Virus record (IMG/VR): IMGVR_UViG_3300012988_000008
Span: 1 to 50,407 of that record
Source of the DNA: a virus
Taxonomy: Duplodnaviria; Caudoviricetes
Reading direction: 5' to 3' (one strand)
Length of the DNA: 50,407 nucleotides
In this document: positions 20,576-27,426 of the stretch, one piece after another
Layout of the letters: each line of letters opens with the position of its first letter
How positions within the stretch are numbered: the stretch's first letter is position 1
Made by a program: the position numbers and the translations under genes
Notes under the pieces: generated by a model
What the model saw: the letters and a program-made list of their open reading frames with translations, nothing else
Told to the model about the DNA's origin: nothing
The model's database searches: none

Positions 20576-20875
20576 TGTAATACAACCCCGCTTAAAGATA
20601 ATTGAAAGGCGGAAGCCTTGACTTATGGGGATTTTCTCTGAGAAATTCTTTAGGTGTGATATGCATAAAGCGGAACACCCCCAGCCCCCTGCCCCGGGGG
20701 TAAGCATTCGGGGGCTCAGCGGGGGCCATAACATGTATTCATTGGCGGGATTGGTGTATTACAGCGACATGGGTTCAGTAAGTGTATTACACTCCCCATG
20801 TATTCATCACCAAGCTAACCTTATTGATTACATTAACATTAGTCATAGCCCACCAGCCCTTGACTATGTATTACA
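20576..20875. repeat. Cluster of TGTATT(A)CA repeats in the inter-arm region
   Basis: Copies at 20734, 20755, 20783, 20799, 20867; inverted copy at 20576. Confidence 0.6.
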
Positions 20876-20934
20876 CATGAATGACCACATTGGACTATAG
20901 TATAGGCCCCAAAGCTGCACCATTACAAGGGCTC

Positions 20935-21010
20935 TTGACACCGCTCCGCATAAGTTTATGCTGCACCCCATCGTTAAGTTCTTTGACATCGTGAAGCACA
21001 CACCTAGACG
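20935..21010 (+). promoter_or_regulatory. Tandem early promoters (putative)
   Basis: TTGACA-16-TATGCT at 20935; second TTGACA at 20983 with TAGACG. Confidence 0.55.
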
Positions 21011-21060
21011 TTCCCACGTGAGGGCGGACCTATGTCCAAATCTTGTAACGGGAAGCACCA

Positions 21061-21207
21061 ATGCAACAACCAACTGAACAACAGACGGCTGAAGAGCTGA
21101 AAACAGAGTTGGCTCAACTGTCAGCTGACTTCGATAACATCATCAGCCGTATGCGTGACTTACTCGACAACCGCGCTTACTTCACGACGAAGGTGGACCA
21201 TGTTTAA
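21061..21207 (+). CDS. First early protein, 48 aa (MQQPTEQQ...)
   Basis: ATG with upstream GGGAAG; overlaps next gene. Confidence 0.6.
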   Translation: MQQPTEQQTAEELKTELAQLSADFDNIISRMRDLLDNRAYFTTKVDHV

Positions 21208-21436
21208 ATCTATCATCGCCATCTTAGTCGCTAACCTACTGGCTCTGTCAGTAGTTTATGTCGTTCTTGACCTTCAAAGCCCTAGTCCGACGTTTGACTT
21301 AGTCGAATACACATTGGACGGCTCTGTTTATGTCCAAGACTATAGTTTGACTAAAGAAGACTGTATAGACGAAGCGCTTAAGGCCAACACATCAACTAAC
21401 GACTCATCTTATCTGTGTGAGGTGTCAGAAGAATGA
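21200..21436 (+). CDS. Early membrane-anchored hypothetical protein
   Basis: AAGGTGG RBS; N-terminal TM helix. Confidence 0.65.
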   Translation: MFKSIIAILVANLLALSVVYVVLDLQSPSPTFDLVEYTLDGSVYVQDYSLTKEDCIDEALKANTSTNDSSYLCEVSEE

Positions 21437-21627
21437 TGACCTATCAACAATGGCTCAAAAAGTTCCCCCTGCCCCAAAACTACAGGGCAGAAACAATGGC
21501 CGTAACAACAGACGTAATAAACCGTTGTCGGGTAGTAATGGCTGACAACAGAACTACTAAACGACGATTTGATTACGTCGAAGAAATAGCCCGCATTGAA
21601 TGGGCTCTAAGACAATCAGTTATCTAA
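21433..21627 (+). CDS. Hypothetical protein
   Basis: ATGA coupling to previous gene. Confidence 0.6.
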   Translation: MMTYQQWLKKFPLPQNYRAETMAVTTDVINRCRVVMADNRTTKRRFDYVEEIARIEWALRQSVI

Positions 21628-21708
21628 CCATCAACATCCCCGCCCTTACTTGCGAGCGTCTAGCTCAACTGCGCCAACCAGTTTGTTGGTATGATCGGAA
21701 CTAATAAC

Positions 21709-21816
21709 ATGCGTAAATCCACGGTTCTTGAAGAGGCCGTTATCGGTATGCTTGCCGGTTTCATGGTGGCCATTGCTTACGCCGCCTTTGTGTTGGTCTT
21801 TGGCGGGGGCTTCTAA
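21709..21816 (+). CDS. 35-aa single-TM peptide (MRKSTVLEEAVIGML...)
   Basis: Short hydrophobic ORF ending 2 nt before the next ATG. Confidence 0.55.
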   Translation: MRKSTVLEEAVIGMLAGFMVAIAYAAFVLVFGGGF

Positions 21817-21818
21817 AC

Positions 21819-22247
21819 ATGGCCCGCAAAGGTAAGCGCGAACGTATCATTGCAGCGCGTCAATCTATCATGACTGCCAACTGTAATGAACAAAAAGACC
21901 AGCCCCTGTTGACTAAAGGTATCGGCCCCGCCGGTTACAAATCACGGTCAACAGACAATAGAACAGGGCTCAAGGGACGTAACAGCGGTGTCGGTTTCCA
22001 CGGCCCACGGGGCTTTAACAGTCCCGTCTATGCTGTGTCTAAGCGGGAACAGACTAAGGGCCTCATTGGGCCTGTAGCGGGGCCTGACAAGGCAAGGCCA
22101 GCCTTTGGGGTCAATGGGTCACAGCGGTTCGCAGGAGATGAGAAGTGGGCGGCGGAGGAATTCGGTTACGACTACGCCGTGCCGGAACCGTCAGATACGA
22201 TCCTCATGAAGCACCCGCCTAAGCGCCCACGTTGGCGCAAGGTCTAA
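21819..22247 (+). CDS. Basic Gly/Arg/Lys-rich hypothetical protein
   Basis: 142-aa ORF followed by terminator. Confidence 0.6.
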   Translation: MARKGKRERIIAARQSIMTANCNEQKDQPLLTKGIGPAGYKSRSTDNRTGLKGRNSGVGFHGPRGFNSPVYAVSKREQTKGLIGPVAGPDKARPAFGVNGSQRFAGDEKWAAEEFGYDYAVPEPSDTILMKHPPKRPRWRKV

Positions 22248-22257
22248 CACCACTTTG

Positions 22258-22293
22258 GAACCCCCTGGGCGAAAGCCTCGGGGGTTTCTTTTT
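22258..22293 (+). terminator. Intrinsic terminator
   Basis: AACCCCC..GGC-GAAA-GCC..GGGGGTT followed by TCTTTTT. Confidence 0.88.
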
Positions 22294-22380
22294 GTCCCCT
22301 ATTATCAATGGGTTTTGATCTATCATCATTTTTATTCGTCACCCCCTGCAACCAATCCCCCCCTGTGTCATTTATCTCCC

Positions 22381-22842
22381 GTCAGACGGCAAGCGGGCCA
22401 AAGCGAAGGCCACCCCGTCGAACCTGCCCCCGCGAAAGCTGTCGGGGCCCTGACTACGGCGGAAGGCGTAAGCTGACTGCATGGAAAGGGGCCTACGCTT
22501 GGGGGACGTGGTGAAGTCCCGGTGACGACGGGGCTCCGTGGTCCGAAACGCCACCCCGCTTTGCGCCTAGCAAGCGCTGTCCGGGGGCATGTCATGGCGG
22601 AGTATTGGACACGTAAGCAAAACCCCCGCGCATGGTCATGTGTGACCCGCTGTGTGTAGCGTCCAGCGGGGGACAACACCTAGTGGGGTGCTCGCTGGCG
22701 TTAGGCCGGGGCACCCCTCGTGTTGTTAGCATTGAGACGGCAATCTATCATCGCCTGCTTTACACCCCGCTTTGAAGGGTCGTCAGGTTCCACCCGAACC
22801 TTGCCGTTTCTATCCTGACAACAATCCTGTTGTCGGGCTTTT
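22381..22842 (+). ncRNA. Putative large structured ncRNA or 5' leader (~460 nt), family unknown
   Basis: GC-rich, no credible CDS, about 10 nested helices with GNRA loops, bounded by terminators. Confidence 0.65.
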
Positions 22843-22844
22843 CT
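22814..22844 (+). terminator. Terminator/attenuator hairpin before the 211-aa gene
   Basis: CCTGACAACA-ATCC-TGTTGTCGGG then CTTTTCT. Confidence 0.6.
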
Positions 22845-22868
22845 ATCTTATGTGAAAGAGACACTAAC

Positions 22869-23504
22869 ATGGCTCCCCGTAAACCTAAAGCCGCTGCACC
22901 CGTTGACGCTGGCACGACTTCCATCGTTGCCCCGTTGACCTTGGAACAACGCATCGACCGGGCGATTACGCTCGACGGTACGTTTGACACTCAAACGCAT
23001 CTGCTTGCCGTCGAAACCCTTCAACACGCAGCGACTACTGGCGACTTCACCCTGTTCGCCAAGCTGATCGGTGACGTGACCACCAAGGGCGGACAGACCT
23101 TCGGTCGCGGCGTCCGGTCCCGTCGTCTGGCCCTCATCGAATGGGCCGCAGCTTTTAGCCCCATTCGCATCAACGGTGACGGTGTCATTGGCGCCCTCGC
23201 CGAAAGCGCCAAGGGTTATAAGCCGTACAACGTCGAAGGTGCGGAAGCTGTTCCGTTCTTTGATATGCCGTCCGAAAAGCGCCGTCGTGAGACGCACGCA
23301 CCTTTTGACGTCGCTGTCATCATGGGCCGCATCGGCTCCTTCAACAAGGCGATTGATAAGGCCGTCGAAAATGGCTCGCTGAACGATAATGAGGAGGCGC
23401 TCCGTCGCTTCACCGCTGACGTTCAAGCATTCGCCATCGCCAAGGCCGCCGAACTTGGCCTTTCGTCGGACGCAGCTAAGGCTCGCCGCGCCCAAGCGGC
23501 TTAA
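22869..23504 (+). CDS. Conserved early phage protein, probably highly expressed (211 aa)
   Basis: GAAAGAG RBS, strong C-ending codon bias, H....GD.T, W..F.P and PFF motifs. Confidence 0.8.
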   Translation: MAPRKPKAAAPVDAGTTSIVAPLTLEQRIDRAITLDGTFDTQTHLLAVETLQHAATTGDFTLFAKLIGDVTTKGGQTFGRGVRSRRLALIEWAAAFSPIRINGDGVIGALAESAKGYKPYNVEGAEAVPFFDMPSEKRRRETHAPFDVAVIMGRIGSFNKAIDKAVENGSLNDNEEALRRFTADVQAFAIAKAAELGLSSDAAKARRAQAA

Positions 23505-23649
23505 GAGTATATGACCGAACTTAAACGGGGTTAACGTCATTAAACTATGACCCTACTTAAAGACGTGGTGATATTTATTAAACTGGATGACAGGAGGGTC
23601 GTCATGTATCCGCCCCGCTAAATCGGGGCAACCTTTGTGCATATCATTT

Positions 23650-23684
23650 AACCCCCGTCGGTTCACACTGGCGGGGGTTATTTG
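23650..23684 (+). terminator. Intrinsic terminator
   Basis: AACCCCCGTCGG/CTGGCGGGGGTT stem plus ATTTG. Confidence 0.65.
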
Positions 23685-23806
23685 TGCTTATCAATGGATG
23701 CACGCCTTCGGCCTAAAACCGTGGGACGTGTCGCGACCGTGCATCCTTTCATACGCACAGCCGACGTGTTGGTAAGACGTATGAAGTCCATTAGGGACAA
23801 TCTATC

Positions 23807-23974
23807 ATGGACAAATATCAATATACCGTGGACCGCCCCGGCTCAAACGTGGTTGCCGGTGTCATCGCCTGGAACGATACGCACGTTCTCATTGACGTTT
23901 TTATTAACGGTAAACTGAAGACGAACCGCCTGCGTCGGCCTATCGAACGCTTCATGATCGACTACGCGCTGTGA
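23807..23974 (+). CDS. 55-aa hypothetical protein (MDKYQYTV...)
   Basis: AGGGA RBS; GTGA overlap with next gene. Confidence 0.6.
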   Translation: MDKYQYTVDRPGSNVVAGVIAWNDTHVLIDVFINGKLKTNRLRRPIERFMIDYAL

Positions 23975-24210
23975 GTGACACGACGGAGCCGTGCGGCGGA
24001 TGCGGCGAAGCTGATCCTATGAAGCGGTGCGTCGGATGCATGCACGACTTCCGCGCCCAGACGAAAGCCCGCGAGGACGCGCAGCCGGTGTGCCCGACTT
24101 GCAAAGGAACGGGCGCACTATGGGGCGGCGCAACAGGTCACATGATTTGTGAAAAGTGCGGCGGGTCTAGCAACAACCCCGCCCCCGACGCGCTGCGGGT
24201 AGCGGTGTAA
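23971..24210 (+). CDS. Cys-rich Zn-finger protein, GC-rich
   Basis: Four CxxC pairs including DnaJ-like CPTCKGTG. Confidence 0.6.
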   Translation: MSDTTEPCGGCGEADPMKRCVGCMHDFRAQTKAREDAQPVCPTCKGTGALWGGATGHMICEKCGGSSNNPAPDALRVAV

Positions 24211-24256
24211 GAAGTAATCTATCATCAGCTGTCTTACGCTTCGCATTTACAAGGAA

Positions 24257-24454
24257 ATGTTGATGTCCATTCGTTTTACACTGACTAATCGTAATAATGG
24301 TATTATCACGACTGTCGATGCCCCCCGTCGTGGTGAACACATCAAAGATGGCTCGGTAAAGGTCCTACAACCGACCGCTCGCGACTGTAACACCCTCATG
24401 CAAGACATTAAACACATCACCAAGTTGGGTGAAAAAGGAGGAATTTTGGCATGA
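24257..24454 (+). CDS. Hypothetical protein
   Basis: AAGGA RBS; ATGA overlap. Confidence 0.55.
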   Translation: MLMSIRFTLTNRNNGIITTVDAPRRGEHIKDGSVKVLQPTARDCNTLMQDIKHITKLGEKGGILA

Positions 24455-24780
24455 TCGACGCCAACGCAGAAATCCGAGCGAGGCGGGACGAACTCCAAAC
24501 AGAACTGGCAACAGTTCAAACACAGGTTGCATCCCTCAATCGAAAGGCTAAGTCAATCAGAGGGGAGCTTGAACCCCTTAATCGTAAGCTTAAGACTGAA
24601 AACCTGATCGTAGGTTCGCGTTGGTATCTGCCTAGTATGAGGTACTATTCGACAACCCGCAAGGACGTTCTCGTGATTCATAAGACCGAGACATACGTCA
24701 TCTATATTCACGGAGGACAGCCTGAACGTATGGGGATGCAAGACTTTTTGAGCAAAGCCGCCTTTAGGTCCTTGACATAA
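24451..24780 (+). CDS. Hypothetical protein with N-terminal coiled coil
   Basis: AGGAGG RBS. Confidence 0.7.
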   Translation: MIDANAEIRARRDELQTELATVQTQVASLNRKAKSIRGELEPLNRKLKTENLIVGSRWYLPSMRYYSTTRKDVLVIHKTETYVIYIHGGQPERMGMQDFLSKAAFRSLT

Positions 24781-24800
24781 TCATAGGCTCGTGTTATAAT
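24772..24800 (+). promoter_or_regulatory. sigma70 promoter
   Basis: TTGACA-17-TATAAT with TG extension. Confidence 0.88.
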
Positions 24801-24820
24801 CTTCTTGCAAGGAAGGGTAA

Positions 24821-25180
24821 ATGGACCTAACATCTTGGTTACTTCTTATATGGTTTGTAGGGGCCATCTGTTCCGCCCTTTTGGGGACCTACCTCGGCGC
24901 TAAATATCCTGAAGTTTCAGGAGAGGGTATCGTAATCGTCGGAATTTTTTGGCCCATCGCCCTCGCTGGGGGCATAATTGCACTACCATTTATCGGAATC
25001 GCCCTTTTAGGAGAGGCTTCAGGTAGACGCCTTAAGGCTAAGAAACTCGCTGCGTACGAGCGAGAAGAGGCCGGACGTAAGGCGCTGGCCGACAAATGGG
25101 CCGAAGAAAATAAAGACTGGTACTGGCACTACAATCCTTACAGTCGTCAGAACTACACCTTCAAAACCCCGCGACCTTAA
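24821..25180 (+). CDS. Membrane protein (2 TM)
   Basis: AAGGAAGG RBS; hydrophobic helices with FWP motif. Confidence 0.75.
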   Translation: MDLTSWLLLIWFVGAICSALLGTYLGAKYPEVSGEGIVIVGIFWPIALAGGIIALPFIGIALLGEASGRRLKAKKLAAYEREEAGRKALADKWAEENKDWYWHYNPYSRQNYTFKTPRP

Positions 25181-25200
25181 GTGAAAAGGAATCTATCATC

Positions 25201-25626
25201 ATGAACAGTCTTTCTTGGCTTCTGTACTTCGCTGGCATTGCTGGCCCCCTTTCTTCTGCCCTCAATCAACTTGCTGTAATTATGTTGTTAGGTTTTGCAG
25301 CTGCGGTTGTCGCGGGCCTTATTACATATGCTAGCACCTCGACGTCGTCTTATGACGATGAGGACGACAGGAAGACGAAGGCCCAAATTCGGGGCGTTGT
25401 CAACAAGTACGCAAAGATTTTGCCCAAGTGGTTGGCCCTGCCGCTGATTTGTATGGTTGTCTCTTCTGTTATTCCTCCCAAGGAAACTCTGTACCTCATC
25501 GCAGCTTCGGAAGTCGGCGAACAAGTCGTGACCAGCCCGACGATGACTAAGGCTATTGACGCCCTTAACCGTCTTCTGGACGGAGTCGCAGTTAAGAAGC
25601 CGGCCCAGAATACTCCCGCCACTTAA
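25201..25626 (+). CDS. Membrane protein
   Basis: AAGGA RBS; TM helices; IP.KET.Y.IAASE.GE motif. Confidence 0.75.
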   Translation: MNSLSWLLYFAGIAGPLSSALNQLAVIMLLGFAAAVVAGLITYASTSTSSYDDEDDRKTKAQIRGVVNKYAKILPKWLALPLICMVVSSVIPPKETLYLIAASEVGEQVVTSPTMTKAIDALNRLLDGVAVKKPAQNTPAT

Positions 25627-25639
25627 GAAGGGACCCACA

Positions 25640-25831
25640 ATGAAGGGGCCAGCCGTTCCTAAGTCCCCGGTTAAAGGTACTCGATACGATCCGCCAGAAG
25701 ATTGGTTGTTCGGTAAAGGGTACTATGGGCCGCCCGATTTAAGGCCGCACCCGTCTGGATATACGTACGACCAAATTCGAATGTGGTTTGACTACAAAAT
25801 CAATCGAAAAACCGGTTTGATATATCCCTAA
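25640..25831 (+). CDS. Hypothetical protein
   Basis: GAAGGG RBS, ATG at 25640. Confidence 0.55.
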   Translation: MKGPAVPKSPVKGTRYDPPEDWLFGKGYYGPPDLRPHPSGYTYDQIRMWFDYKINRKTGLIYP

Positions 25832-25838
25832 CATTTTT

Positions 25839-25923
25839 GTCCGCGTGGTGGAATTGGTAGACACGACAGACTTAAAATCTGTTGCTAATTGGCGTACGAG
25901 TTCGAGTCTCGTCGCGGACACCA
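25839..25923 (+). tRNA. tRNA-Leu (anticodon UAA) with encoded CCA
   Basis: Acceptor GTCCGCG/CGCGGAC, D loop GG, ACAGA-CTTAAAA-TCTGT, long variable arm, TTCGAG T loop, ACCA end. Confidence 0.95.
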
Positions 25924-25934
25924 AGGAGGTTTAA

Positions 25935-26216
25935 GTGTGGGGGAGCCCTGTTGAAGTAGAGACCAGAAGACGAGTCTTATTAACGTATTATGCGTATGCG
26001 TACGAATATTTAGACTTGTCACTGGTTTCAGACGAAGAATTCGATAGGATGTCGTTTGAAGTGGATTTATCCATAGATACGACTAGACCAGACTTAGACA
26101 GTTTCTTTCGGACACATTTTAATCCGTACACAGGAATGTGGATACGAAATCACCCCGATTTGAGACGAGTACATAAAAGAATTCATCAGGTGTTTAAGGA
26201 TAAAATAAATGCGTGA
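25935..26216 (+). CDS. Stand-alone protein resembling NAD-dependent ligase subdomain Ia
   Basis: AGGAGG RBS; AYAYEYLDLSLVSDEEFD resembles YY..D.P.ISD.EYD. Confidence 0.6.
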   Translation: MWGSPVEVETRRRVLLTYYAYAYEYLDLSLVSDEEFDRMSFEVDLSIDTTRPDLDSFFRTHFNPYTGMWIRNHPDLRRVHKRIHQVFKDKINA

Positions 26217-26661
26217 ATTTAAAGCAGGCGACAAAGTTCGTGTACTTCCACACGAGGAAGTAGTAGTCAATGGTACCATGTATTATTCTATTTCTCTTTC
26301 CGTAGGTCGGGTTTTTACATTGAAGGAAAGAGCATTAGATCAGGGCCGTCCTGAAGCATGGCTCGTAGAAGAAGGTCCTATTTATCTCCATCCGACGTGG
26401 ATTGAACTGGTGCCGGAACCCACCATCGAAGAGCAAATCGAAGCCAAGAAAGCTGAACTGAAGGAACTCGAAGACCGGCGGGTAGCCGAAGGCGTCAAGG
26501 TCGGTGATAAGTTTAAGGCGTCACAAACGGTTTTTGAAATTGTTGCGATCTCAGGTAGATATTGTTGGTGGAAAACCAAAAACAATAATAGGGGTGGGAC
26601 GGAATGTTGTGAGACCTTCCTTAGAACTTCCGCTTATACAAAGGTGAATGACAGCAAATGA
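26209..26661 (+). CDS. Hypothetical protein with two SH3/KOW-like halves
   Basis: FKAGDKVRV and VKVGDKFK. Confidence 0.65.
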   Translation: MREFKAGDKVRVLPHEEVVVNGTMYYSISLSVGRVFTLKERALDQGRPEAWLVEEGPIYLHPTWIELVPEPTIEEQIEAKKAELKELEDRRVAEGVKVGDKFKASQTVFEIVAISGRYCWWKTKNNNRGGTECCETFLRTSAYTKVNDSK

Positions 26662-27050
26662 CACTTCGCATTCAACCCTTCCCGCTTTGCTGCGGTATCG
26701 CAGTCGTAACGGGCTTTGGTAACGATCCGCGTCATGCCCATCGTGACCGTCGAGACGGTGCCCCCACAATGGCCGAGATCGAACAGTATCTTACGAACGC
26801 GGCTGCTGGTGGTTTGACCGGGGGAGGTCCCTTCCAAGGTACTGGTCTGGGTCGTGTGGGTATGCTGTTGGCAGCCGTAAACGCCGAACAGCGTGTGTTT
26901 ATGCAGCCCATCTTCCGGCGTCTTGGTTGGCGCCGTGCGGGGCGGGCACACAATATTCACAATCACCCTAACTCACGTCCCGGTGACGACAATTACTCTG
27001 AAATTTTCTTGTATAGGAAGGTGTTGGCGAATGCCCAAGACGATGACTAA
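26658..27050 (+). CDS. CCG-motif protein, GNAT-like (paralogue 1)
   Basis: FPLCCG...VNAEQ...FRRLGW...HNH; first gene of amidoligase cluster. Confidence 0.6.
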   Translation: MTLRIQPFPLCCGIAVVTGFGNDPRHAHRDRRDGAPTMAEIEQYLTNAAAGGLTGGGPFQGTGLGRVGMLLAAVNAEQRVFMQPIFRRLGWRRAGRAHNIHNHPNSRPGDDNYSEIFLYRKVLANAQDDD

Positions 27051-27417
27051 TACCCCTAAGCCCCAACACCTTTTCGTCTACGGTACGCTTCGTGACGCGC
27101 ACCCCAACTCTAAGCGATTCGGGCTGACTAGTGTCGCTAAACACAACGCCAAGTTGATGGGCTTCAATGTCCACAACCTTGGTTGGTTCCCCGGGATCGT
27201 ACCGGGCGAAGGCTTCGTAGTGGGGGACGTCTTCCACATCACAGACGATTTGATCCCGGGTCTGGATGCATACGAAGGTGTGCCCAGCCTGTACCGCCGG
27301 GAAGTTCATAAGGTCGGCTCGACTAACTGTTACGTGTACGTGTACAACGGCACACCGCCGCCGGGCTCCCAGATCACCGACGGTGACTGGCTCAAAACAA
27401 CTCAAGCGAAGGGTTAA
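27031..27417 (+). CDS. Gamma-glutamylcyclotransferase (GGCT/AIG2-like)
   Basis: LFVYGTLR, FPGI, V.G.V, LDAYEG..Y.R. Confidence 0.9.
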   Translation: MPKTMTNTPKPQHLFVYGTLRDAHPNSKRFGLTSVAKHNAKLMGFNVHNLGWFPGIVPGEGFVVGDVFHITDDLIPGLDAYEGVPSLYRREVHKVGSTNCYVYVYNGTPPPGSQITDGDWLKTTQAKG

Positions 27418-27426
27418 TCTATCATC

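Noticed and set aside
22446-22493. Hammerhead ribozyme (CTGA...GAAA)
   Set aside because: Core reads CUGACUA, not CUGANGA, and the three-stem topology is missing
22483-22530. Cobalamin riboswitch, RNase P or tmRNA identity for the structured region
   Set aside because: GGTGAAGTCC is only a superficial match; no B12 box, RNase P P4 consensus or tRNA-like CCA end seen
22255-22990. Short ORFs over the structured region
   Set aside because: Overlapping frames on both strands with no RBS or protein-like composition; expected in GC-rich DNA
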